The notes under the pieces were generated by a model, which saw only the letters and a list, made by a program, of their open reading frames with translations, had not been told where the DNA came from and ran no database searches. From assembly GCA_029261065.1 (NCBI GenBank), contig JAJDCB010000023.1, positions 39,682 through 103,681 on the forward strand: 64,000 nucleotides of DNA, written 5' to 3'. Origin of the DNA: Candidatus Omnitrophota bacterium. Its GTDB lineage: Bacteria > Omnitrophota > Gorgyraeia > Zapsychrales > Zapsychraceae. The translations under genes were made by a program, and so were the position numbers. Shown one piece after another: positions 38,503 to 48,143 of this stretch. The first letter of the stretch is position 1, and every line of letters begins with the position of its first letter.

Positions 38503-38757
38503 GACAATTTGGTTTTCGTTCATTGGACGAAAAGGCAAACTTGGGGTAACCCAAGGACGTCCCGCATTTGTAGTGCGGGACCCCGTTCACCTTATGAGAA
38601 TAAGAAATGGCGGGGCAAAACTAGAGGGTCCTATTAAGCGATAGGATAGCCAGACTGGCACTAAAAAAGGTGCTAGACTCCTTTAATAAGGAGTTGCCGA
38701 ATCTGTGGTAGAAGGTATTTAGGCCTATTCTTTTATTTAAAGGAATAGGTTTTTTTA
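38503..38757 (+). ncRNA. candidate small RNA or 5' leader (structured ~250-nt transcript between promoter and terminator)
   Basis: Contains GC hairpin GTCCCGCATTTGTAGTGCGGGAC (38559-38581), ACTCCTT-TAATAA-GGAGT, and a terminal hairpin CCTATTC-...-GAATAGG followed by T7 (38722-38757). No ORF with an RBS. No match to tmRNA/RNase P/SRP motifs that I can see. Confidence 0.3.
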
Positions 38758-38901
38758 TTAAGGGCTTTTGATAAGGAGCCTAACGTGTTAAACCAAATGA
38801 AATTTAATTGTCGGATGAGAATTAGAAAGGAAGAGAACTGTCTCTTCCTTTTTTTTATTTTGATAGAGAGATTGAAAATGTTGATAAACGGAGGATTTAA
38901 G

Positions 38902-40947
38902 ATGAAAAAATATGTTTCTGTATGGGCCATTATCATGTTTCTCGCAGTACCGAGTGTTGCAACTGCAATGGAGGAAGTAAAATTTATTCAAGCCGTTGAC
39001 CCGGGGTTTGTTCAACCCGTAGATACTGACGTTTCGCAAGCAGGAGATTTTTACGTGTTGGATCGCAAGGCCTCAAAAGTTTACGTGTTTGATAAGGAAG
39101 GAAAATTTCAATGGGGTTTTGGAGATCGTGGATTTGCTTTAGGTAAGATGTCTTTGCCTAATTCCCTGGCGATTTCGCTAAAGGGAAATGTTGTTATAGC
39201 AGACACAGGTAATTATCGGGCACAAGTATTTAATCGTAATGGACAAATTTTGTTTGAGTTGGGAAATAAAGGGACTTTGCCAGGTGAGTTTAAAAATGCA
39301 ACAAGTGTGGCTGTAGATCCTTTAGAAAATATCTATGTCGCAGATACGGAGTTAAACCGCATTTCTCAGTTTAGCCCTAAAGGAGTTTTCTTAAAGGTCA
39401 TGAATTTGGAATATAAGCCGATGGATTTAGCGTTTGATAAACAAGGAGCTATGTATGTGCTTTTGTCAGAGGCTGGTAAGATCGTCAAATATTCTATTGC
39501 AGGTGATGAGTTAAAGGAAATTACTTACTATCAAGACAAAGACAACGTGCTTGCCTCAACAGTGGGAATGACGGTGGATTCAAAGGGTGACATTTATCTT
39601 GTTGAACATAATAAACAAAGCATTAAGAAAATCGATCATAAGTCTCAGTTATTATTTTCTTTTGGTTCTCAGGGAGTAGGCAAAGGGCAATTTAACCATC
39701 CATTAGGAATATCAGCAGATGATTTAGGTAAAATTTATATCGCGGATTCTGCCAATAAAAGAGTACAGGTTTTAGAAATAAATGGAAGCACAAAACCAGA
39801 ATTGGCACAGGCCGTTTATTTGCGACCAGTTATTGATTATCAAAAAAGCCTTTCTGCTAATGATTCGATATCTGATGTCGATTATGTTCCCAACAAAGGG
39901 TTATATGCCTTATCGAATGAAAAAGGATATATTATTGTTAAAGGAGAACTTAATCAATTAATTGGTGACTCAAGTGATGAAAAGTTACATTTAAGCAATC
40001 CAAAAGCAATCCATGTGATGGATGATGGGCGTATGTTAGTAGCTGATACGGGTCATCATCGATTGAAGTTTCTTAAAACGGATGGTACTCATGATTATAC
40101 GTTTGGAAATAAAGGTGATCAAGATGGCGAATTTAATGCTCTTGAAGGTGTAGCCTCAGATTCAAAAGGGTATATCTATGTCGCTGATACAAACAATAAT
40201 CGTATCCAGATGTTTAATAGTGATGGCATTTATTTATCTTCTTTTGGTAGAAAGACGGAAGTATTAGATGATGCTAATCCAATGGGAGGAACTTTTCTGC
40301 ATCCAAAAGATTTGGCTTTTAATTCGAAAGATCATCTATACGTCTTAGATTATAAAAATAAGAGGATTCAAATCTTTGATGATCAGAAGATCTTTATTAA
40401 AGAAATAGGTGGGGCTCGCGATTTGGTAAAATTTTTAGAACCCATCGATATTGCGATTGATAACAACGATTATCTTTATGTAGCCGATCGTGGAGAACAC
40501 AATATTAAAGTGTTTGATCATGAAGGCCAATTAGTTCTTACCTTTGGATCCAATGGAAAAGGTCCAAGTCATTTTCCTGCGCTTTCAGCTATTGCTAGCT
40601 GGGAAGGGCAAATTTACGTTGCCAATAAAAATTTAGATGATATTGCTGTGTTCGCTTTTCAACCAAATAACACTATGAAAAAAGAACGCGTGTATATCAC
40701 AAAAATATCATTGCCATTACTCATGGATAACGCTACAGAAGAAATTAAACAGACAATGGCAAAGAAGTTGACGTTTGAAAATATCAGAAAAGAGTTATCA
40801 CAGAAACTAAATGTATCAGAGGACATATTAAATCAAGTTATTAAAGTAGAGGCTGAGGAATATTTAGGCGATGGAAGGTTAAAGTTGACTGTAAGTGCTC
40901 CTAAGGTTTTGCGAATGACTAAGACAGAAGTAGAGCCTATACAATAA
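38902..40947 (+). CDS. secreted NHL-repeat (six-bladed beta-propeller) protein
   Basis: ACGGAGGA RBS; signal peptide MKKYVSVWAIIMFLAVPSVATA. At least 8 NHL-type repeats (GxFxxPxGxAxDxxGxIYVADxxNxRIQxF, e.g. GEFNALEGVASDSKGYIYVADTNNNRIQMF). The 38785 start in the ORF track is an unsupported upstream extension. Confidence 0.75.
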   Translation: MKKYVSVWAIIMFLAVPSVATAMEEVKFIQAVDPGFVQPVDTDVSQAGDFYVLDRKASKVYVFDKEGKFQWGFGDRGFALGKMSLPNSLAISLKGNVVIADTGNYRAQVFNRNGQILFELGNKGTLPGEFKNATSVAVDPLENIYVADTELNRISQFSPKGVFLKVMNLEYKPMDLAFDKQGAMYVLLSEAGKIVKYSIAGDELKEITYYQDKDNVLASTVGMTVDSKGDIYLVEHNKQSIKKIDHKSQLLFSFGSQGVGKGQFNHPLGISADDLGKIYIADSANKRVQVLEINGSTKPELAQAVYLRPVIDYQKSLSANDSISDVDYVPNKGLYALSNEKGYIIVKGELNQLIGDSSDEKLHLSNPKAIHVMDDGRMLVADTGHHRLKFLKTDGTHDYTFGNKGDQDGEFNALEGVASDSKGYIYVADTNNNRIQMFNSDGIYLSSFGRKTEVLDDANPMGGTFLHPKDLAFNSKDHLYVLDYKNKRIQIFDDQKIFIKEIGGARDLVKFLEPIDIAIDNNDYLYVADRGEHNIKVFDHEGQLVLTFGSNGKGPSHFPALSAIASWEGQIYVANKNLDDIAVFAFQPNNTMKKERVYITKISLPLLMDNATEEIKQTMAKKLTFENIRKELSQKLNVSEDILNQVIKVEAEEYLGDGRLKLTVSAPKVLRMTKTEVEPIQ

Positions 40948-40979
40948 TAACTCAAAAGTTTATTATTGGAGCAAGAACT

Positions 40980-43900
40980 ATGAAGACATCGCAGTTAACT
41001 TTAATATTATTATTAGGTTTTGTGATGTCTTCTTTTTTGGGGTGTGATCAATTTCGTCCTCAGGAAAAGGGTCTGGTTATTGTTGATCCAAATTCAGAAG
41101 CAGTTGTTGTTGATGAGCAGGGAGATGAAATTGAAAGTGATTATGTTGATATTGTCGAAACGGTTAAGTCTTCAGAAACTGTTATCTTAAGAGATAACAA
41201 AATATTTACCAAAAATTCAAAGAAAAAATTTATTGAGAAAGATGCATCTCCCGCCATACCTGCAACAAAACAAGGTAACGTTAATAATTTAGAAGACGCT
41301 ATTAAAGAAGATCGTGTACCCACAACAAATTTTCAGTCTAAAGATACGCCTAAAGTTAAAAAAGTCGTTCATGAAAAAAGCATCGATCTCTGCAGTGATC
41401 AAGGATATATCTCCTCAGCCGAATGCCGCCTTTGTAGCGATATTCCAGGAGCTATTTGCAGTGAGACGATTAAATTATCTCATGGGGAGCAATGTTTTGA
41501 ATGTGCCACTCAACAAAAAACTTGCCGAGATTTAGGTTTTTTAAGTAAACGAGAATGTAAGAAATGTAATAAAAATGATGCGACAGAATGTGTATTTAAG
41601 GTAGAGGCGGACAACGGAAAATCTTGTTTTGAATGTGTGGATCGTGCCATCAAGTGTAAAGATTTAGGATTGATGAATTTGGATGAATGCACTTCGTGTG
41701 ACAAAGATCCTAAAATGGAATGCATTGCTGATCAGTTAACTGAGGAAGGGGTTAAGTGTTTTAATTGTGTCATTAAGCCTCAAAAATGTTCACAGCTTGG
41801 TCTCATTGATTTGCCTGGATGCCGTACGTGTCAGGAAGATCCCACAAAAGAATGTAAATCATCTAAGAAAACAAATTATGGGCAACAGTGTTATCAGTGT
41901 TTTGATAAAGAACAGAGTTGCGCGGAAATTAATCAATTAGATGTCTCAGAATGCTCAGGGTGTTTATCTCAGGCAGGTAAGGAATGTATAAAAACAGATA
42001 AAACCAAAGAAGGGTTGCAGTGTTATGGCTGTCAGGATCGTCATGAGTCTTGTGCGCATATAGGTTTGTTAAGCCAAGAGCAATGTGAGTCGTGTGACGC
42101 TAGTGAAAAGACACGCTGTGTTGCTGGACGTCAGACATTACAAGGTGAGTCTTGTTTTTCTTGTGTTAAAAAATCAAAAGATTGTCATGGGCTAGGTTAC
42201 CTTAGTCAAGAAGATTGCAGTATATGTGCTCAAAATCCACAAAAAGAGTGTCAGGCGGAGAGTCAAACAAAAGATGGCGAACAATGTTTCGTTTGTCAGG
42301 ATAAACCACAGCAATGTCAGGATTTGGGATTATTGGTGTCTAATCAATGTGAAGAATGTCAAAAGGATCCTACTAAAGAATGTGTGACCGCATTAAACAC
42401 GCAAGAAGGGCAACCATGTTTTGTTTGTCAGGATAAACCGCAACAGTGTCACGACATCGGTCAATTAGCGTTAGATATGTGTTCTGTTTGTTCGAAAGAT
42501 CCCAATAAGTTATGTTTACCAGGTGATAAAACCGAAGAGGGTGTCCAGTGTTATAACTGTGTCGATAGGCCGCAAGAGTGCAGTGATTTTAATCAACTAA
42601 AATTAGATGAATGTTTATTGTGCGAACAGGACGACAGTAAAAGATGTGTGGCGTATGACAAAACAGAAGAAGAGGTTCAGTGCTTTTTATGTGAGGATAA
42701 ACCGCAAGAGTGTAAAGATTTAGGGTTGTTAGCTCAAGATCAATGTGATTTATGTCAGCAAAATTCAAAGAAGGAATGTAGGGTTGATCAGGTTACAAAT
42801 AGCGGTGTGCAATGTTATTCATGCGCGGATAAACCACAGGAATGTCGGGATCTAGGATTGTTTAGTGAAGATGAATGTGGTTTGTGCGAAGAGAATCCAA
42901 AAAAACAATGTCAGATTGATAAACAAACGAAGGAAGGTGTGTCGTGTTTCATCTGTAAAGATAAGCCAAAGGATTGTTTAGACATTGGGTTATTAAATGA
43001 AGAGGGTTGTCAGATGTGTGAGGGGAATGAACGCAAGGACTGCCAAAAGGATGTTCTTACCGATGCCGGTGTGCAGTGTTATACATGTCAAGATAAGCCA
43101 CAAACTTGTGAAGACTTAGGCTTACTTAATCATGAAGGATGTGGGCGTTGTCAAGAAGATGAAAATACAGAATGTATTTTAGAGGCAAAAACAAATCAAG
43201 GGCAAGGTTGTTATTTGTGTGTAGAAAAATTGCAAGATTGTCAGCAGATTGATCAAATCGATTTATCAGAATGTGCGTCGTGTGAAAAAGATGTAAAAAA
43301 AGAATGCCAGATTGGTCAAAAGACAAAGCAAGGCAAACAATGTTATGAATGTGGAGAGAAGGCGCAAGAATGTCTGGATATAAATTTACTAAGTCTTGAT
43401 GAGTGTTTGGCCTGTGAGAAAGAAGATAATAAAATTTGTCAGCATAAAGATAAAACGAAGGAAGGGGTTCAATGTTATAGCTGTGAAGAGAAACCGCAAA
43501 CGTGTGTAGATTTAGGGTTAATAACGGAAGATGCCTGTGAAGTATGTAATCAGAATACAAGAACAGAATGTCAAGTAGATCAGATGACAAAAGAAGGAGT
43601 GTCTTGTTATTCTTGTCAGCAAAAACCTCAAGAGTGTCGAGATTTAGGGTTGTTTAGTTTGGATGAATGCGCCTCTTGTGAAGAAAATATGCGCAAACAG
43701 TGTCAAGAAGATCAGAAAACAGAAGGTGGGACACAATGTTACATTTGTCAGGACAAACCGCAAGCGTGTCATGACATAGGACTATTGGGAATAGATGAAT
43801 GTCAGCGCTGTGAAAGTCAATCTAATAAAATTTGTCAAGTGGATATCCTTACTGAGACCGGTACGCAATGCTTTACGTGTCAAGATAAGCCGCAAGAATG

Positions 43901-46900
43901 TGAAGACTTGGGGCTTCTTAAACAAGCACAATGTGAAACATGTCAGCGTGATGCGAATAAGGAATGCATGTTAACCGAGAAGACGAATCAAGGCGAGCAA
44001 TGTTTTGTGTGTGTTGAGAAGCCCCAAGATTGTTCACAGCTAAACCAGGTGAGTTTGGAAGAGTGTCAAACATGTAATGCCGATCCTGACAAAGAGTGTC
44101 GCGTAGGTAATAAAACGAAAGAGGGAACGCAATGTTATGAATGTGTAGATAAGCCGCAAGATTGTGCGCAGTTGGAATTGCTGAATTTAGAAGAGTGTTT
44201 TGTTTGCGAGGAAAATTCATCGAAAGAATGCGTATCAACTGTGAAAACAAAAGAAGGGATTCAGTGTTATGGTTGTCAGCAGAAAAAGGAAGAGTGTCGT
44301 GATATAGATTTATTATCAAAAGAGCAATGCGAATTTTGTGATCAGAATGCCAAGACAGAATGTCAGATGGATGCCCAAACAAAGGAGGGCAAGCAATGCT
44401 ATTCTTGTGTTCAAAAACCTCAAACGTGCCATGAGTTAGGGCTTTTTAGTCAGGATGATTGTTTAAGTTGTGAAAATAATAAACGCAAACAGTGTCAAGT
44501 TGATCAAAAGACAACGGATGGAACGCAATGTTTTATTTGTCAAGATAAGCCGCAAGAGTGTAATGATATTGGCTTATTAGATGAACCAGGATGTCAAGCC
44601 TGTGATGATAATCCAAACAAAGAATGTCAGGTAGATATTCAGACAGAAAATGGGGTGCAATGTTATACGTGTAAGGAAAAAGTTCAAGGGTGTGAACAAT
44701 TAGGATTTTTGAGCCAATCTCAATGCATGAGTTGTGAGGAAGATGGGCAGAATGAATGTGTTGGTAGTGATAAGACAGCGACTGGAGATCAATGTTATGT
44801 TTGTGTTGAAAAACCGCAATCGTGTGTGGAGCTTGATCAAGTTGGTTTGGAAGAATGTCAATCATGCGAAGCTGAAGATGGCAAAGAGTGCCATGTTGGT
44901 AACAAAACCAAAGAAGGACGACAATGTTATGTATGTGCTGATAAACCTCAAGAGTGTCACGACTTGGATTTAATTAATTTGGATGAATGTTTATCGTGTG
45001 AAGAAGATAGCAACATGAAATGTAACAGTAAAGGAAAAACGCAAGGTGGTATCCAGTGTTACGCCTGTGAAGAAAAGAAACAAGAGTGTCGTGATTTAGG
45101 ATTTTTAGCTTCAGATCAATGTGAGTTTTGTAATAAAAATGATAAAACGGAATGTCAAGAAAGTGAAAAAACAAAAAGTGGTGAGTTATGTTTCAGTTGT
45201 GTCATGAAACCTCAAACATGTCACGGTCTTGGGTTGTTTAGTTTAGATGATTGTCAAACATGCGAAAGTAATCCGCGTAAACAATGCCAGGCTGATCAAA
45301 TGACGGATGATGGATCCCAATGTTATATATGTCAAGATAAGCCGCAAAACTGTCGAGATATTGGACTGTTAGGCGAGGATGGATGTCAATTATGTGAGAA
45401 AAATAATAAGACATGTCAGGAAGATATATTAACGGAATCGGGCGTTCAGTGTTTTAGTTGTAAAGATAAACGAATGACGTGTGATGATTTGGGGCTACTT
45501 GGCCAATCTGATTGTAAAACGTGTGAGCATGATGCGAATAAGGAATGCATGCTATCCGAAAAAACGAACGATGGCGAACAATGTTTTGTCTGTGCCGAGA
45601 AGCCCCAAGATTGTTCTCAGTTAGATCAGATTAATTTGAGAGACTGTCAATCCTGTGAAAGCGACTCCTCGAAAGAATGTCGTGTTGGTAATAAGACGAA
45701 AGAAGGACGGCAGTGTTATGGATGTGTTGATAAACCACAAGAATGCGCGCAATTAGAACAGATAACGTTAGATGAATGTTTATCCTGCGAAGAAGATCCC
45801 AATAAAAAATGTATGACAAAAGATAAAACGCGTGAGGGCGTGCAATGCTACGCGTGTGAAGATAAGAAAAAAGAATGTCGAGATTTAGGCTTATTCTCCG
45901 AGGAACAATGTTCTTTCTGCCAACAGAATTCAAACACGGAATGTCAAGCTGTTGAAACAACACCTGATTCATTAACATGTTTCTCTTGTGTAGAAAAACC
46001 ACAAACGTGTCATGGTCTGGGTCTTTATAACCAAGAAAATTGTCAGAAGTGTGAAAGTAATCCACGTAAACAATGTCAGGCGGATCAAAAGACAAAAAGT
46101 GGAGAGCCGTGTTTTATTTGTCAGGATAAACCGCTTGAGTGTGAGGATATAGGTCTTCTAGATGAAGAGGGGTGTCGCGTTTGCCAAGATGGTTTGGGTA
46201 AGGTTTGTCAAAAAGATATTCTAACTGAGAATGGCGTGCAATGTTTTACTTGCGAAGAAAAACCGCAAGAGTGTCCGGATTTAGGTCTGTTAAGTTCAGA
46301 GGGATGTGCAGAGTGTCAAAACGATTTAACCAAGGATTGTTTACTAGCTCAGAAAACAAATCAAGGAGAAGAATGTTTCTTATGTGTGGATAAACCTCAA
46401 ACATGCCAAGGCATTGGTCAATTAAATTTAGACGAATGTCAAACGTGTGAATCAGATGGAACTAAAGAATGTTTGGCAGGAAATAAGACAAAAGAATCTC
46501 GTCAGTGTTACACATGTGAAGATAAAGCACAAACGTGTGAAAGTATAGATTTGATCAATTTAGATGAATGTCAAAATTGTGATGAACAGCCAAACATGGC
46601 CTGCAAAACGTCTCAGAGAACAAAGGAAGGGCGTCAATGTTATTCATGTGAAGAACGGGCTCCAGAGTGTCTAGACTTTGGGCTCTTATCACAAGAACAA
46701 TGTCAGCAATGTAATCAGAATCCATCCACGGAATGTCGAAAAGAAAAGAGTATGACATCAGGAGAAGGATGTTATGCCTGTGTGGATAAACCACAAGAAT
46801 GTCAGGACATTGGACTACTTAATCAAGAAGATTGTTCGCAATGTGAAAAAGATAAGCGAAAAGAATGTCGAGCTGATCAAACAACAAAAGAAGGCGTTCA

Positions 46901-47738
46901 ATGTTTTGTTTGTCAAAAGAAGCCAAAACAATGTGGAGATATTGGATTACTTGCGAAAGATCAATGTGTTCAGTGTGAAAAGAATGGAAGAAAGCAATGT
47001 CAGCAAGATTCGAAAACAAAATCAGGTGAGCAATGTTATGTGTGTGAAGATCGGCCTGAGGCGTGTGACGATTTAGGTTTGATTAATGACAAGCAATGTA
47101 AAACATGTGAAAGCAATCCAAAGGCCAAATGTGTGGCCACAGCTAAGACGAATAATTCTGATCAGTGCTTTAGATGTGTGATGCAAGAACAACAGTGTTC
47201 TGATATTGGACTCTCTGATTTATCAGAATGTTCAGCTTGTGAGAGTGATTCTAATAAACAATGTTTGGCTGCAAAAAAGACTGATAGTGGTATTCAATGT
47301 TATTCTTGTCAAGAGAAACCGAAGGGTTGTGCGAGTCTTTCACAACTAAGTTTGGCGGAATGTAATTCTTGTGAGACCGATGATAATAAGACATGTCAAC
47401 AAGCCAAGAAAACAGCCGATGGGGAGCAGTGTTATTCTTGTGAAGATAAACCACAACAACAACCAAGCCAGGCTTGCACAGATATTGGTCAGTCCAGTTT
47501 TGAACATTGTAAAGATTCATGTCCCGGGGAATGTTTGGAGGCTAGCTCCACAAAAAGTGCTGAACAATGTTACCGCTGTAAGGTTCCATTAGGAGCTCGA
47601 GAATGTCTGGATTATGAATATTTTCAAGATTGTAATTCTTGTACAGCAGATGAAAAATGTGCCAAGACAGGGTTGAGGTTGTTTGAAGGTAGTGGGCGTG
47701 GCGTTCCTTTAACCTGTTATACTTGCCGCCCGAAGTAA
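40980..47738 (+). CDS. giant cysteine-rich tandem-module lipoprotein (no recognised family)
   Basis: 2252 aa; TGGAG RBS; signal peptide with lipobox FLGC. About 45 tandem 44-aa modules with invariant spacing C-x2-C-x6-C-x10-C-x2-C-x7-C and core [DE]KPQxCxDLGLL. Very rich in K/E/D/Q; about 270 Cys in total. Confidence 0.8.
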   Translation: MKTSQLTLILLLGFVMSSFLGCDQFRPQEKGLVIVDPNSEAVVVDEQGDEIESDYVDIVETVKSSETVILRDNKIFTKNSKKKFIEKDASPAIPATKQGNVNNLEDAIKEDRVPTTNFQSKDTPKVKKVVHEKSIDLCSDQGYISSAECRLCSDIPGAICSETIKLSHGEQCFECATQQKTCRDLGFLSKRECKKCNKNDATECVFKVEADNGKSCFECVDRAIKCKDLGLMNLDECTSCDKDPKMECIADQLTEEGVKCFNCVIKPQKCSQLGLIDLPGCRTCQEDPTKECKSSKKTNYGQQCYQCFDKEQSCAEINQLDVSECSGCLSQAGKECIKTDKTKEGLQCYGCQDRHESCAHIGLLSQEQCESCDASEKTRCVAGRQTLQGESCFSCVKKSKDCHGLGYLSQEDCSICAQNPQKECQAESQTKDGEQCFVCQDKPQQCQDLGLLVSNQCEECQKDPTKECVTALNTQEGQPCFVCQDKPQQCHDIGQLALDMCSVCSKDPNKLCLPGDKTEEGVQCYNCVDRPQECSDFNQLKLDECLLCEQDDSKRCVAYDKTEEEVQCFLCEDKPQECKDLGLLAQDQCDLCQQNSKKECRVDQVTNSGVQCYSCADKPQECRDLGLFSEDECGLCEENPKKQCQIDKQTKEGVSCFICKDKPKDCLDIGLLNEEGCQMCEGNERKDCQKDVLTDAGVQCYTCQDKPQTCEDLGLLNHEGCGRCQEDENTECILEAKTNQGQGCYLCVEKLQDCQQIDQIDLSECASCEKDVKKECQIGQKTKQGKQCYECGEKAQECLDINLLSLDECLACEKEDNKICQHKDKTKEGVQCYSCEEKPQTCVDLGLITEDACEVCNQNTRTECQVDQMTKEGVSCYSCQQKPQECRDLGLFSLDECASCEENMRKQCQEDQKTEGGTQCYICQDKPQACHDIGLLGIDECQRCESQSNKICQVDILTETGTQCFTCQDKPQECEDLGLLKQAQCETCQRDANKECMLTEKTNQGEQCFVCVEKPQDCSQLNQVSLEECQTCNADPDKECRVGNKTKEGTQCYECVDKPQDCAQLELLNLEECFVCEENSSKECVSTVKTKEGIQCYGCQQKKEECRDIDLLSKEQCEFCDQNAKTECQMDAQTKEGKQCYSCVQKPQTCHELGLFSQDDCLSCENNKRKQCQVDQKTTDGTQCFICQDKPQECNDIGLLDEPGCQACDDNPNKECQVDIQTENGVQCYTCKEKVQGCEQLGFLSQSQCMSCEEDGQNECVGSDKTATGDQCYVCVEKPQSCVELDQVGLEECQSCEAEDGKECHVGNKTKEGRQCYVCADKPQECHDLDLINLDECLSCEEDSNMKCNSKGKTQGGIQCYACEEKKQECRDLGFLASDQCEFCNKNDKTECQESEKTKSGELCFSCVMKPQTCHGLGLFSLDDCQTCESNPRKQCQADQMTDDGSQCYICQDKPQNCRDIGLLGEDGCQLCEKNNKTCQEDILTESGVQCFSCKDKRMTCDDLGLLGQSDCKTCEHDANKECMLSEKTNDGEQCFVCAEKPQDCSQLDQINLRDCQSCESDSSKECRVGNKTKEGRQCYGCVDKPQECAQLEQITLDECLSCEEDPNKKCMTKDKTREGVQCYACEDKKKECRDLGLFSEEQCSFCQQNSNTECQAVETTPDSLTCFSCVEKPQTCHGLGLYNQENCQKCESNPRKQCQADQKTKSGEPCFICQDKPLECEDIGLLDEEGCRVCQDGLGKVCQKDILTENGVQCFTCEEKPQECPDLGLLSSEGCAECQNDLTKDCLLAQKTNQGEECFLCVDKPQTCQGIGQLNLDECQTCESDGTKECLAGNKTKESRQCYTCEDKAQTCESIDLINLDECQNCDEQPNMACKTSQRTKEGRQCYSCEERAPECLDFGLLSQEQCQQCNQNPSTECRKEKSMTSGEGCYACVDKPQECQDIGLLNQEDCSQCEKDKRKECRADQTTKEGVQCFVCQKKPKQCGDIGLLAKDQCVQCEKNGRKQCQQDSKTKSGEQCYVCEDRPEACDDLGLINDKQCKTCESNPKAKCVATAKTNNSDQCFRCVMQEQQCSDIGLSDLSECSACESDSNKQCLAAKKTDSGIQCYSCQEKPKGCASLSQLSLAECNSCETDDNKTCQQAKKTADGEQCYSCEDKPQQQPSQACTDIGQSSFEHCKDSCPGECLEASSTKSAEQCYRCKVPLGARECLDYEYFQDCNSCTADEKCAKTGLRLFEGSGRGVPLTCYTCRPK
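41470..47490 (+). repeat. Intragenic tandem repeat: 132-bp unit (one 129-bp copy) with a higher-order super-repeat of 6 units (792 bp)
   Basis: Protein periodicity read directly. Antisense stop-free artefact ORFs at 43126 and 43918 are exactly 792 bp apart. Comparable modules 12 units apart (e.g. 43930-44040 vs 45510-45620) look about 80-85% identical by eye. Confidence 0.75.
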
Positions 47739-48143
47739 AATAGACTGACCTAGACAAACCCAGACAGTATGATTTCAAATTAAAAAAATTTTAAAATAAT
47801 TAAAGCTTCTATCTTAAATCAGATTAGATGTTTATGTAAAAAATATGATTTTTCCGTCTGGGATCGCTGGTTTTTGCCATAAAAATGTTTTATATTTATT
47901 AAAGATTCACATGATGTGAATGTAGTTCTGAATGCGTAATAAATATGGAGGACAACATGGCTGAATGGAAAGAAGACAAACCAATAAAAACATCAAACGA
48001 AGAGCGAGATATTTTTAGTTGGGATGAACCAAATATTCTTTTGTAATCAACGGTATGTACCCCAGAGCAACTACGGGGTATTAAACCAAGATGGAATTTC
48101 GTTAAAGCTTCGAAATTCCTTGAATACCAACTTCATTATATAA

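Noticed and set aside
38503-38757. The structured region as tmRNA, RNase P RNA, SRP RNA or a tRNA
   Set aside because: No tRNA-like acceptor/T-arm ends (no GGTTCGAATCC-type motif, no CCA tail), no RNase P P4 motifs (AGGAAAGTCCGGGCTCC-type), and no SRP domain IV GGAAGCAGCC-type motif. It is kept only as an unclassified sRNA/leader candidate.
38785-38901. Upstream extension of the NHL ORF to 38785 (MLNQMKFNCRMRIRKEENCLFLFF...)
   Set aside because: The extension overlaps the terminator T-tract and has no RBS. A canonical RBS plus signal peptide starts at 38902.
43126-47778. Long antisense ORFs within the giant gene (43126-43590, 43918-44382, 44533-44865, 45631-46095 and others on the minus strand, plus short +-strand alternates)
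   Set aside because: They lie entirely inside the repeat array, are spaced at repeat multiples (792 bp), have no RBS and a His/Leu-rich low-complexity composition. They are stop-free frames created by the periodic sequence, not genes.
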